Source: an uncultured bacterium
GTDB taxonomy: Bacteria > SAR324 > NAC60-12
NCBI GenBank assembly: GCA_965662235.1
Contig: CBFIGY010000004.1
Span: forward strand, 1 to 64,000
Direction: 5' to 3'
Length of the DNA: 64,000 nt
In this document: positions 1 to 9,362 of the stretch, piece by piece
How positions within the stretch are numbered: the stretch's first letter is position 1
Layout: every line of letters begins with the position of its first letter
Program-made: the position numbers and the translations under genes
The notes under the pieces: generated by a model
Databases searched by the model: none
What the model saw: only the letters and a program-made list of their open reading frames with translations
Told to the model about the DNA's origin: nothing

Positions 1-70
1 GAGCTGGCAGGCTCCTCAGTAGTAAACGTGTACAGCAACGCTAGGTCCGTGTACTTACTGATAACGTTGG

Positions 71-875
71 GGTAGTGCCCTCCTGAGCTGATGATCTACA
101 CCACACCAAGAGAGCGGTTATAATGGTGAATGAAGAGCCAGATCGCACCGATATGGTTATCTAGACTCTTCGAGAAAGACAGACTCTTTCTAACAAGCCT
201 TGAGACTCTTTGTCTCATGGTCAAATTAAAACGTTCAATATGGTTTGTGAGTCCTGTTTCTTTTCCAACAGCTTGATGTTTTTCACCAGGGATGACGGCA
301 CAATAGGCCTCCCAAAAATCGGTGTAGCAGTAAGCCTCTTCTCTATAGCGTTCAGGTAAATTATCCCAAAGCCCCTGCGCTCCTGAGGTATCTCGACCTG
401 CGATATGGGCACCAACTATGAGTCGGGTTTTGCGATCAATGGCCAGCCAGAGCCACTGTTTGTCGCCTTTCTCGCCAACGAATGACCACATCTCATCGCA
501 CTCCACCACAGGAGGAGCTGTTTTTTTTTCGGGCAAAATCGAGGGGTCCACCTGCCTGGGAACCTCTTTGTATTTAGCGTTGACATACTTCTGAAGCCAG
601 CTCTCTGAGACCTGTGCTACGCGAGCGATTCCAGCCAGAGGGATCCGCTCCAAAAGAAGGCGATCAACCAGATCGCAGGTCTCGTCGCTGATCCGATAAT
701 GACCAGAGGGGTTTTCTACAAATTGGCGGCCACAGCTCTGACAGCGATAGTTCTGTTTATCATTTTCTCGGATGCCGTTTCGGACGATTTTATCTGAATC
801 ACAGCTTGGGCAATGCATCACTCTCCTCGGTTGGGTGTAAATCAATGAAGTTCATCATGCAAAAATTGGACTACC
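71..875 (-). mobile_element. IS1-family insertion sequence
   Basis: Imperfect terminal inverted repeats GGTAGTgccctcctgagcTGATGA (from 71) and, as reverse complement, GGTAGTccaatttttgcaTGATGA (ending 875) bracket a transposase ORF. GC is lower than in the rest of the window. No clear target-site duplication. Confidence 0.8.
96..845 (-). CDS. IS1-family transposase (InsA-InsB in one frame)
   Basis: N-terminal CPSC...CQSC zinc ribbon and HTH, then the IS1-type DDE core (ECDEMWSFV, YTDFWEAY, TNHIERFNLTMRQRVSRLVRKSLSFSK). The start may be the ATG at 818 (MHCPSC). Confidence 0.9.
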   Translation of the reverse strand: MIYTQPRRVMHCPSCDSDKIVRNGIRENDKQNYRCQSCGRQFVENPSGHYRISDETCDLVDRLLLERIPLAGIARVAQVSESWLQKYVNAKYKEVPRQVDPSILPEKKTAPPVVECDEMWSFVGEKGDKQWLWLAIDRKTRLIVGAHIAGRDTSGAQGLWDNLPERYREEAYCYTDFWEAYCAVIPGEKHQAVGKETGLTNHIERFNLTMRQRVSRLVRKSLSFSKSLDNHIGAIWLFIHHYNRSLGVV

Positions 876-994
876 CAAATTTTATCTGCCACCTCGGGCA
901 GTTATCCTCTTCAGGGTGGCACTCACCACTCTGTGTGCGAGAGATTCAGTTTCTCTCGCACACGTCATTTAGCAGTCGGAAAAGTGTTGCCCGC

Positions 995-2062
995 TCACCG
1001 GTAGGGTGGCGCAAACTGCAGCCCACCTTGAGTCCAGAGCGCGTTTTCGCCACGACTGAGGTTGAAGGGGGTGGAAGGGCCGAGGTGCCGGGTGAAGACC
1101 TCTCCGTAATTACCAACCGCTTGCAGAACCTGATGGGCCCAGTCGGCTTCCAGACCAAGGTTTTCCCCAAGACTGTCTTGCGCCCCGATGATTCGGAGGA
1201 CTTCTGGCGTGGAAGAATTATCGAAGGTCGCTAGGTTACTGGACTGGATGCCATGAAGTTCCGCACGCAACAGAACATAGTGCGTCCAGCGGACGATCCG
1301 GAACCAGTTCGGGTCATCGTCCCGGACGGCGAGGCTTAGGGGCTCCTCACTGATCAAGCCGGTGAGGATAACGTGGTCACTGGGGGTGGGAAGCGCGGCC
1401 CGGATGCTGATCAACCCAGACTGGTCTGTTGTATAGAGGTTGCACGTCCCTGCTTCATATTGGCTTCGGGCATCCGTGCTGTCGGTCGCACTGAGGAACT
1501 GAGCGGGGGTGATGCTGTTTGCCGTGAAGTAGTCCTCGAGGTTGCTGCTCGAGGTGGTGCCTGCGACCTGGCAGACCGTAAGCTGACCCTCGACGGATTT
1601 CAGGTCAGAGACGGCAGAGATGGAAAGGGCGCTAGGCACCATAATGGCCTGCCCGTCAAAGAAGTTGGTGGCAGCAAACAGGACCTCGAGGGTGGTGTCC
1701 CGGGACTGTGTCCACGTCGAGTTACGGGCCAGTACATCAATCTCTCCAGCAGCGAGACTGGTAAAGCGTTCTGTGGGAGAGAGGGACACGTACTCCACCT
1801 TGGTGGCATCACCTAAGGTGGCAGCAGCGATCGCCTTGCAGTAATCCACATCAAGTCCTTCCCAAATCTCTGAGGCATTGAGGGCTGAAAACCCTGCCAA
1901 CCCCCGGGAGATGCCACAGTTTAAGACACCCCTAGTCTGGACGGTGCTGAGTGTGTTGGGCGTTTCCTCTGCTGTTTCGGAAGCTTCGCTAGTAGCGGGA
2001 TCGGTGCTGCTGGAGCAGGCGATCAACAGGAGCAGGGCGCTTCCCCAAAAAAGAGGCTTCAT
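995..2062 (-). CDS. General L-amino-acid ABC transporter substrate-binding protein (AapJ/BztA-like), lipoprotein
   Basis: RGVLNCGIS, GLDVDYCKAIAAA, ISEEPL, VGNYGEVF, C-terminal WTQGGLQFAPPYR. Lipobox LIAC follows the ATG at 2062; the ORF track begins at 2104. Confidence 0.85.
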   Translation of the reverse strand: MKPLFWGSALLLLIACSSSTDPATSEASETAEETPNTLSTVQTRGVLNCGISRGLAGFSALNASEIWEGLDVDYCKAIAAATLGDATKVEYVSLSPTERFTSLAAGEIDVLARNSTWTQSRDTTLEVLFAATNFFDGQAIMVPSALSISAVSDLKSVEGQLTVCQVAGTTSSSNLEDYFTANSITPAQFLSATDSTDARSQYEAGTCNLYTTDQSGLISIRAALPTPSDHVILTGLISEEPLSLAVRDDDPNWFRIVRWTHYVLLRAELHGIQSSNLATFDNSSTPEVLRIIGAQDSLGENLGLEADWAHQVLQAVGNYGEVFTRHLGPSTPFNLSRGENALWTQGGLQFAPPYR

Positions 2063-2308
2063 GGTCAAACTCGGCTGAAGGATTGAAGAAACCGCAGGGA
2101 ACAAGTGGGCCTGTGGCGGACGGCGTTGAGATGGTGCGAAACCTACTGAGCTTTTTCGGGGTTGTCAAGAGTTGTCTGGAAGTGGTTTGAGTGAGGGGAA
2201 CCCGGATGATCTTTTTGGAGATTTTTGAACCCACGGGCCTGTAGCCTTTCGGAAAAAATGAGTCCTTCTCAGGGGCATCAATGCGGTCATTTTTAGTGAA
2301 GAGAAAGC

Positions 2309-2824
2309 ATGAATGAAATCAGCGTCAAACCGTTTGAACGAGGTGATGAAGAGGCTTGTTTTCGCATCCGTTCCGAGGCATTTATCAAACTTTTTTACGA
2401 CTCAATTGGAGCGGACGGGGTGGTGGCCGGAGTCAATGGGTACCTGCCTCGGCAGCTGGAAGCGCTTTCAGACGCCTTTCCCCTCTTGGTCGCCAAGGAC
2501 GGGGAGGACGTGATGGGCTTCCTGGCGGCACGGTTTGTTCGGGAGGAGGCGATAGAGATCCTCTTTTTGTACGTCCGCTCAGATGCCTTCCGGAAAGGAG
2601 TTGGGCGCCTGCTGGTCCATCACCTGGAGGCTCAGGTGGCCGAACAGCACCCTGAGGTTCAGCAGATCCTGGTGGACACGGTGGTGCCTCAATTGAACCA
2701 GCGTTTTTATGAAAAGCTGGGTTACGTGGAGGTGGGGCAAAGCCTCTGCCGGTATCCGGATCGAGACATTGTGGCAGTGCGCCTGAGCAAGCAGCTTGGT
2801 CGGCAGCCTCCTGAAGGTTCCTGA
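2309..2824 (+). CDS. GNAT-family N-acetyltransferase
   Basis: LYVRSDAFRKGVGRLL acetyl-CoA binding motif and RFYEKLGY. Confidence 0.85.
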   Translation: MNEISVKPFERGDEEACFRIRSEAFIKLFYDSIGADGVVAGVNGYLPRQLEALSDAFPLLVAKDGEDVMGFLAARFVREEAIEILFLYVRSDAFRKGVGRLLVHHLEAQVAEQHPEVQQILVDTVVPQLNQRFYEKLGYVEVGQSLCRYPDRDIVAVRLSKQLGRQPPEGS

Positions 2825-2948
2825 AAACCCAGACGCGTCGTGTCGCTTCCCTTCTCTCTTGCTGTGGGGGCACAGGACTTCAGAAGTCCTTGGGAGCAGA
2901 GGCTGTTGCTTTTGCCGGTCCTGCTTCATGGCGTCTTTTCGGTGGCTG

Positions 2949-2957
2949 TGCTATAAA
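2949..2957 (+). promoter_or_regulatory. Putative extended -10 promoter element upstream of proB
   Basis: TGcTATAAA about 40 nt upstream of the proB ATG. Confidence 0.35.
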
Positions 2958-2997
2958 ATTCAGTTTTGCTGAATTGCTCTGAATCCAATGGTGCGCC

Positions 2998-4137
2998 ATG
3001 CCCGTTCAACGCCTTGTTCTGAAAATTGGGACGAATGTCCTCCAGCGTCCGAATGGGCGATTGGACTACAACCTCATCAGTGAGTTGGCTGATACGATTG
3101 CGATCATCCGGGACCGGGGGCACCGGGTCATCCTCGTCAGCTCAGGAGCGGTTGGGGCCGGGCGGGAGCTGGTGAATCTGCGGAACTCGACGTCGGATTC
3201 GTTGCGGACCAGTCAGATCCTGGCTGCGGTGGGGCAGGCGCGGCTGATGCAGATTTATGGGGACTTCTTCCGGGAGCACCGCATTGCGGTGGCGCAGGTC
3301 CTCCTGACCCGACAGGATTTTGGCGAGCGGTCTTCTTACCTCAACATCCGGAGCACCCTCAGTGGCTTGCTGGACGCGGGGGTTCTGCCGATTGTCAATG
3401 AAAACGACGTGGTCGCGACCGAGGAGCTGAAGATTCATCAGTTTGGGGACAACGACCAGCTGGCCGTCTACACGGCTGCCGTGGCCGGCGCGGACCGGAT
3501 GGTGTTCCTGACCACTGCACCCGGGTTGCTGCGCGAGGAAGCCACGCTGACGGGAACTCGCTCGCTGGTGGTTCCGGAGGTCACCGAGGTCACCAAAGAC
3601 GTCCTGGAGTGGTGCCGTCCGACCAAGACGCAGGTGGGCAAGGGGGGCATGGAGAGCAAGGTCCGCTGTGCGGGAATGGCAATGGAGTTTGGCATCCACA
3701 CTCACATCCTAGACGGCAAGGCGCCAGCGGGAGTGCTGGAGGTCCTCTCGGGAAAGCGAAACGGAACGCATTTTGTGGCAACCGGTCGCAAGGTGAACGG
3801 TTACCAGAAGTGGCTGGCCGCAGGGGCCTTGAGTCAGGGAAGCCTCTTCATTGATGAAGGGGCCGAGGCGGCGCTGCGCGATCACCACAAGAGCCTGCTG
3901 GCCAAGGGCATTGTTCGGGTGAGTGGGAGTTTTGACGTGAAGGACCTGGTGGAGATTGTTGGAGCCTCCGGTGCTCGCCTGGGGGTGGGACGGGTGGCCT
4001 GCACCGCACGGGAGCTGCGGCAACAGCTGGAAGCATTTCGGGCCGGGAACACCGACCTGCTCCCGGTCTTCTCACGTCCGGTGGTGCACCGCAACCACCT
4101 CTACCTGTCTGGAACCCCTGCTCGCGGGGGCTCATGA
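2998..4137 (+). CDS. proB: Glutamate 5-kinase with C-terminal PUA domain
   Basis: VLKIGT, VSSGAV, AAVGQ, PIVNENDVV, FGDNDQL and GGMESK motifs; PUA region (IDEGAEAAL, KSLLAKGI). Confidence 0.95.
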   Translation: MPVQRLVLKIGTNVLQRPNGRLDYNLISELADTIAIIRDRGHRVILVSSGAVGAGRELVNLRNSTSDSLRTSQILAAVGQARLMQIYGDFFREHRIAVAQVLLTRQDFGERSSYLNIRSTLSGLLDAGVLPIVNENDVVATEELKIHQFGDNDQLAVYTAAVAGADRMVFLTTAPGLLREEATLTGTRSLVVPEVTEVTKDVLEWCRPTKTQVGKGGMESKVRCAGMAMEFGIHTHILDGKAPAGVLEVLSGKRNGTHFVATGRKVNGYQKWLAAGALSQGSLFIDEGAEAALRDHHKSLLAKGIVRVSGSFDVKDLVEIVGASGARLGVGRVACTARELRQQLEAFRAGNTDLLPVFSRPVVHRNHLYLSGTPARGGS

Positions 4138-4760
4138 GAGCCGCTGCACTGCGCACCCAGGAGAAGCAGCGGTTGCTGCGTGAGTGGCGTCTGGAAGGGT
4201 TTCCGGAGCCGCTGCTGGAGGCGTTTCTGCAGGTGCCGCGAGAAGCGTTTGTGGAGCCCCACCGGCAGGGAGAGGCGTACCTGGACTTTCCGCTGCCGAT
4301 TGCACAGGGGCAGACGATTTCTCAGCCCACCACAGTGATGCTGATGCTCAAGTGGCTTGAGGTGGGACCGGACGACGTGGTGCTCGAGATTGGCACCGGA
4401 AGTGGCTACAACGCGGCGCTGCTGGCGGTGCTGGCGCAGAGGGTGGTGACCATTGAACGGCATCCTGAACTCGTGGCCTTTGCTCAGGCAAACCTGAGGC
4501 GGGCAGGCTTCGGGACCGTTGAGGTGCACTGCGGAGATGGCAAACTGGGGATGCCGGAGGCCGCTCCGTTTTCCCGGATCATCCTCACCGCCGCCTCGGC
4601 CGAGGTGCCTCAGGCGTTGCTGGAACAGCTGGCCCCGGGAGGGCGATTGCTGGCCCCCGTGGGAGCTCCGCACGGGTGCACCATGACGCTGATGGAGAAG
4701 ACCGCCGGCGGGTATGGATCCACGGCGCTCGGACGCTTCTCCTTCGTCCCCCTCGTTTAA
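4134..4760 (+). CDS. pcm: Protein-L-isoaspartate O-methyltransferase
   Basis: VPREAFV, GQTISQP, VLEIGTGSGYNAALL, FSFVPLV; ATGA overlap with proB. Confidence 0.93.
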   Translation: MRAAALRTQEKQRLLREWRLEGFPEPLLEAFLQVPREAFVEPHRQGEAYLDFPLPIAQGQTISQPTTVMLMLKWLEVGPDDVVLEIGTGSGYNAALLAVLAQRVVTIERHPELVAFAQANLRRAGFGTVEVHCGDGKLGMPEAAPFSRIILTAASAEVPQALLEQLAPGGRLLAPVGAPHGCTMTLMEKTAGGYGSTALGRFSFVPLV

Positions 4761-4880
4761 GACCGCTCAGGCGCCAGAACGTCTGGAACGTGGCTTGACA
4801 AGCAGCCTCAGAAGCAAGACCCTGTAGCGAGTCTCGCCATGGCCTCACTTGCTCCCAATCCCATTGTTCAGGAGACCCTT

Positions 4881-6500
4881 ATGAAAACCCTCATCCGTTC
4901 GTTCATGACGGGCGCGCTGGTGGCTACGCTGACCTGGAGCAGCGCTGCTCTGGCCGCCGATCATCCTGATTACCTGCGCCTGCCCATGCAGTCCGCGATT
5001 CCGTCACTGGACCCGGGCGTGGCTCAGGATTCCTCGTCCATTGAAGTCATTGAACAGCTCTTCCTCGGCCTCACCGACTACAACCCCAAGACCTATGAGG
5101 TGGTTCCGGAACTGGCAACCAGCTGGCAGGCCAGTGCAGACAGCATGACCTACACCTTCAACCTCCGGAAGGGGGTGAAGTGGAGTGATGGCACACCGGT
5201 GACGGCACGGGACATTGAGTATGCGGTAAAGCGCAACATCCTTCCGGAAACAGCTTCCCCCTACGCCTACGTCCTCTACATCCTCAAGAATGCCGAGGCG
5301 ATCAACACCGGTACCGAGAAGGACGTGGACCAGCTGGGGGTGAAGGCCTTGGATGACTACACGGTGGAGTTTCAGCTCAATGCTCCGGCGGGCTTCTTCC
5401 CTGCCATGGCCGGGTTGTGGACGTACCGTCCGTTGCCGCGAAAGGCGATTGAGGCACACGGCACCAGCTGGACGAATGCGGAGAACATTGTCACCAACGG
5501 GTCCTACCAAGTTGCTGAGTGGAAGAAGGGAGACCGCCTGGTGCTCAAGCGGAACCCGGAGTACTCGGATGCCATCAGTGGCCTAGCGCCCTACATTCCG
5601 GAAGTGCACTACTACATCATTCCAGAAGAGTCCACCGGGCTGGCCATGTATGAGAATGATGAGCTGGACGTCATGGGGGCCTCGTACCTGCCGATTCCTC
5701 CTGCAGAGATGAACCGCATCAAGGAGGAACACCGGAGCGAGTTTTCGGTGCAACCGGACCTCTGCACCTACTACCTGGCCATCAACAATGAGCGGGCGCC
5801 CATGGACAACCCAAAGGTCCGCAAGGCCCTCTCGGCGGCCATTGACCGCAAGGTGCTGGTGGAACGGGTGACCCGTGGAGGACAGGAGCCTGCGACCACC
5901 TTCACGCGGCCGCCCATCTTCGGCTCAGTTGATCCGTCGGCAGGCGTGGGCATTCATTATGATCCGGAGCAGGCAAAGAAGTGGTTGGCCGAAGCCGGGT
6001 ACCCGAACGGAGAAGGCTTCCCGGAGATCACCTACATGCACAACACCTCTGAGAGCCACGCCAAGGTTGCTCAGGCGGTTCAGGCGATGCTCAAGCGCAA
6101 CCTGGGCATCAACATCAAGGTGGAGAACCAGGAGTGGAAGGTCTACCTCAAGTCCACCACGGAACCGAGCGCCCCGCACCTGTTCCGCTTCGGCTGGTGT
6201 GCCGACTACCCGGATGCCAACAACTGGCTGCTGGAGGTCTTCCACCCCACCAAGTCCACCAACCGCCTGCGCTGGCACAACCAGGAGTTTGCGGACCTGA
6301 CGGAAAAGGCCATGGCGTCCACCAATCCAGAGGAGCGCAAGCGGCTCTACTACCGGGCCGAGCAGATCCTTACGGAAGAAGAAGCGGCCATGATTCCGCT
6401 CTACTTCTACACGGCGTCGTACCTCGTCAAGCCCTGGGTGAAGGGGTGGTACCACATGGCGCTCGGAGGTCAGCAGATCCGGAACTGGCGTCTGGACTGA
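4881..6500 (+). CDS. oppA: Oligopeptide ABC transporter substrate-binding protein (OppA-like, SBP family 5)
   Basis: Signal peptide after an AGGAG RBS, SLDP, YTFNLRKGVKWSDGTPVTA, NGSY, VRKALSAAIDR, GWCADYPD. Confidence 0.88.
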   Translation: MKTLIRSFMTGALVATLTWSSAALAADHPDYLRLPMQSAIPSLDPGVAQDSSSIEVIEQLFLGLTDYNPKTYEVVPELATSWQASADSMTYTFNLRKGVKWSDGTPVTARDIEYAVKRNILPETASPYAYVLYILKNAEAINTGTEKDVDQLGVKALDDYTVEFQLNAPAGFFPAMAGLWTYRPLPRKAIEAHGTSWTNAENIVTNGSYQVAEWKKGDRLVLKRNPEYSDAISGLAPYIPEVHYYIIPEESTGLAMYENDELDVMGASYLPIPPAEMNRIKEEHRSEFSVQPDLCTYYLAINNERAPMDNPKVRKALSAAIDRKVLVERVTRGGQEPATTFTRPPIFGSVDPSAGVGIHYDPEQAKKWLAEAGYPNGEGFPEITYMHNTSESHAKVAQAVQAMLKRNLGINIKVENQEWKVYLKSTTEPSAPHLFRFGWCADYPDANNWLLEVFHPTKSTNRLRWHNQEFADLTEKAMASTNPEERKRLYYRAEQILTEEEAAMIPLYFYTASYLVKPWVKGWYHMALGGQQIRNWRLD

Positions 6501-6513
6501 ACGTTCCCCTAGA

Positions 6514-6535
6514 CCCTCCGGCACCGTCCGGAGGG
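6514..6535 (+). terminator. GC-rich hairpin after oppA
   Basis: CCCTCCGG-caccgt-CCGGAGGG, a perfect 8-bp stem; no U-tract. Confidence 0.4.
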
Positions 6536-6566
6536 ATCCTTGCTGCAACCCTTGCTGAAGAAGGTC

Positions 6567-7493
6567 ATGCTGAAAACTGCTGTCATCGGAGTCGGTTACC
6601 TCGGTCGGTTTCATGCTCAAAAACACGCGGCGCTTGCGGATTGTGACTTGATTGGAGTCGTGGACGCGAACCCCGATCAGGCCCGCAAGGTGGGAGAGGA
6701 ACTGGGGGTGTCTTGGTACACCGATCCGGCGGAAGTGCTGGACCAGGTGGACGCGGTGAGCATTGTGGTGCCCACCAGCGCTCACTATGCCATCACCCGT
6801 CCGTTTGTGGAAAAGGGCGTGCATGTGCTGCTGGAGAAGCCCTTTGCCGCCACCCTGGAGGAAGCGGAGGAGCTGACCCGCTTGGCGGCGGAGCATCAGG
6901 TGATCCTACAGATTGGGCACCTAGAGCGCTTCAATGCGGTCTTTACGGAGTTCCGGGAACAGATTGAGACGCCGCAGTTCATTGAAAACATCCGCATTGC
7001 TCCATTTCCCAAACGCGGAACCGATGTGGACGTGATCCTGGACCTGATGATCCATGACATCGACCTAGTGCTGGCGGTGGTGGGAGAGATGCCGGAACAG
7101 GTGGAAGCCAACGGCGTATCCATTGTCACCCCCAGCAGCGACCTTGCCAACGCCCGCCTGCGGTTTCCCGGAGGCTGCATCGCCAGTTTGACCGCCAGCC
7201 GCGTTTCGGACAAAGCTGAGCGCCGCATGCGCATCTTCCAGCGGGGCCTTTACCTGTCCCTCGATTATGGAACCGGACAGGCCCGGCGGCTTCAGGTGGA
7301 GCTGCAGGAGGGGATTGACCCGGAGACGCTCAAGCCCGAGGTTGTGCAGCTGGAGCGGGGAGACGCGTTGCTGGAGGAGGTGCAGAGCTTCCTGGAGTGC
7401 ATCCGGACCCAGACGCAGCCCAAGGTGTCGGCGCAGGATGGCCTCAATGCCATGAAGGTGGCCTGGCAGGTCAAACAGCAAATTTCTCAGTAA
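6567..7493 (+). CDS. Gfo/Idh/MocA NAD(P)-dependent oxidoreductase (GnnA-like)
   Basis: AVIGVGYLGRFHA Rossmann motif, HVLLEKP, GHLERFN, DVILDLMIHDIDL, ASRVS. Confidence 0.85.
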   Translation: MLKTAVIGVGYLGRFHAQKHAALADCDLIGVVDANPDQARKVGEELGVSWYTDPAEVLDQVDAVSIVVPTSAHYAITRPFVEKGVHVLLEKPFAATLEEAEELTRLAAEHQVILQIGHLERFNAVFTEFREQIETPQFIENIRIAPFPKRGTDVDVILDLMIHDIDLVLAVVGEMPEQVEANGVSIVTPSSDLANARLRFPGGCIASLTASRVSDKAERRMRIFQRGLYLSLDYGTGQARRLQVELQEGIDPETLKPEVVQLERGDALLEEVQSFLECIRTQTQPKVSAQDGLNAMKVAWQVKQQISQ

Positions 7494-7514
7494 CCTCTTC
7501 TTCAAGGACGACGC

Positions 7515-8516
7515 ATGCCGGCTTCGGATTCCTCAGCTCCTCTTGTCATTGAAGTCACCCGAGGTCCAGTGGTGGAAAGCCGTCACCGGGTTCACGCGGT
7601 GGTGCTAGATGCCAATGGGCAGGTGGTGCGTCAGTGGGGTGACCCTGACTACCCCACCTTCCCACGCTCTGCGTCCAAGCCCCTGCAGGCGCTGCCGCTG
7701 ATTCTTTCTGGCGCAGCAGATCACTGGGCGCTCAGTCCGGTGGAACTGGCCCTTGCCTGTGCCTCGCATGGCTCCGAGGAGCGGCACATCACGGCGGTGT
7801 CGCAGTGGCTGGAACGCATCGACTGCACCGAGGCGCACCTGGAGTGCGGGCAGCACTGGCCCACGCATGAGGCATCGGCTTATGCCCTGGCCCGGCGAGG
7901 AGAAACTCCGTGTGCGCTGCACAACAACTGTTCCGGGAAGCACTCAGGGTTTCTTTCGGTGGCCCGGCAGCTGAAGGTGGACCCCCGGGGGTACGTAAAG
8001 CAGGAGCATCCGGTGCAGCAACACATCCAGCAGGCCCTGGAGCAGACCATGGGACTGGACCTGAACCAGGTTCCTGTGGGCATTGACGGCTGCTCCATTC
8101 CCACGTGGTGCGTTCCGCTGCAGGCCCTGGCCCGGGGAATGGCCCGCTTTGGCACCGGCGTGGGACTTCCGGAGGACTGGGCCACAGCCGCTCGGCGCCT
8201 GCAGGCTGCAATGCTGGCGGAACCCTACTATGTTGCTGGAACCGGACGGCACTGCACCCGCGTCATGGAAGCCTTTGGGGAGCAGGTGGTCTGTAAGGGC
8301 GGCGCTGAAGGGGTTTACGCGGCCACCGTTCCAGGACTGGGGGTGGGGCTGGCCCTCAAGGTTGAAGACGGCACCGCCCGTGCCGCAGAAGTCGCTCTGA
8401 GCACGGTGCTCGACACCCTGGGGGTGTTGCCCGAGGATCCCACTTTTTCGGTGGCTCAGGAGCTCCGGAACCGCAACGACCTGCTGGTGGGAGAAGTCCG
8501 CCCTGCGGCGTCGTGA
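7515..8516 (+). CDS. L-asparaginase II, Rhizobium etli type (class 3)
   Basis: RSASKPLQA, CASH, HNNCSGKH, DGCSIP and KGGAEG signature motifs. Confidence 0.9.
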   Translation: MPASDSSAPLVIEVTRGPVVESRHRVHAVVLDANGQVVRQWGDPDYPTFPRSASKPLQALPLILSGAADHWALSPVELALACASHGSEERHITAVSQWLERIDCTEAHLECGQHWPTHEASAYALARRGETPCALHNNCSGKHSGFLSVARQLKVDPRGYVKQEHPVQQHIQQALEQTMGLDLNQVPVGIDGCSIPTWCVPLQALARGMARFGTGVGLPEDWATAARRLQAAMLAEPYYVAGTGRHCTRVMEAFGEQVVCKGGAEGVYAATVPGLGVGLALKVEDGTARAAEVALSTVLDTLGVLPEDPTFSVAQELRNRNDLLVGEVRPAAS

Positions 8517-8574
8517 TTCCGGCTCCAAGCTCGCTCATTTCCCTGATTTGCTTCGTACCCTAGGAGTTGTTGTC

Positions 8575-9225
8575 ATGCACACTCATTCCATCTACTTTGC
8601 TGGAGACCTCTTCAATCACAAGGACCTCATCGGCAACCTGTTGCTGGCGGAGACCATTGAACGCGAGTCCGGAAGCGAGTTCCGTTGCGTGCTGCCTCAG
8701 AACCTGGAGCAGACGAGTGGACGCTCGGTGGAGATCCGCAACCAGGACCTGCTTGAGGTGGTGAAGGCGGACCTCATCCTCCTCAACTTTGATGGCCTGG
8801 AGCTGGATTCCGGAACCGTGGTGGAGTTCCTCTTTGCGAAGATGCTGGACATTCCTGCTGTGGTCCTGCGAACCGACTTCCGGAGCGCCGGGGATCAGCA
8901 CCGAGAAGGGGACCCCTGGAACCTGATGTGCTCGGGCTACCCCCGCAGCACCATTGTGAAGCTCAATGCCATGGCCTGGTACCAAGAAGCCTGGCGCGCA
9001 GGAGGCAGCACTGCAGAGGTACTGGATCACTACTACACTCGCTTGGCCCGGACCGTAAATGATGCCTTCAAGCAGGTCATGAAGGAGCCCCCGGTGGGCG
9101 CCGAGCACGGCCTGGGCGCCGATCTGGTCTACCGCTGGGCTCGGCTGTTCCCGGGAGGTGGACTGGAGACGCTGCTGAGTGACGCGGAGTTGCAGAGCAT
9201 TCTGGACCGCAAACTCCGGCACTGA
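8575..9225 (+). CDS. Nucleoside 2-deoxyribosyltransferase-family protein
   Basis: IYFAGDLF, DLLEVVKAD, DSGTVVEF, RTDFR, WNLM. Confidence 0.75.
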   Translation: MHTHSIYFAGDLFNHKDLIGNLLLAETIERESGSEFRCVLPQNLEQTSGRSVEIRNQDLLEVVKADLILLNFDGLELDSGTVVEFLFAKMLDIPAVVLRTDFRSAGDQHREGDPWNLMCSGYPRSTIVKLNAMAWYQEAWRAGGSTAEVLDHYYTRLARTVNDAFKQVMKEPPVGAEHGLGADLVYRWARLFPGGGLETLLSDAELQSILDRKLRH

Positions 9226-9279
9226 AGTGGGGATTTCCTCATTCGAGCGCAACTTAGCATGGCCTTTCTGAAAGACCGG

Positions 9280-9288
9280 TGCTATAGT
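9280..9288 (+). promoter_or_regulatory. Putative extended -10 promoter of the 9363-17997 operon
   Basis: TGcTATAGT in an AT-rich intergenic stretch about 75 nt upstream of the first ATG. Confidence 0.35.
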
Positions 9289-9362
9289 TGCAAAATTTAA
9301 GATTTTCAGTCGGCCCCTAAAAATGGGGCAACCTTTACCTTTTTATTTTTCAGGACTTCCCG

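Noticed and set aside
1..70. Possible gene fragment interrupted by the IS
   Set aside because: Only 70 nt are visible, too short to support a call.
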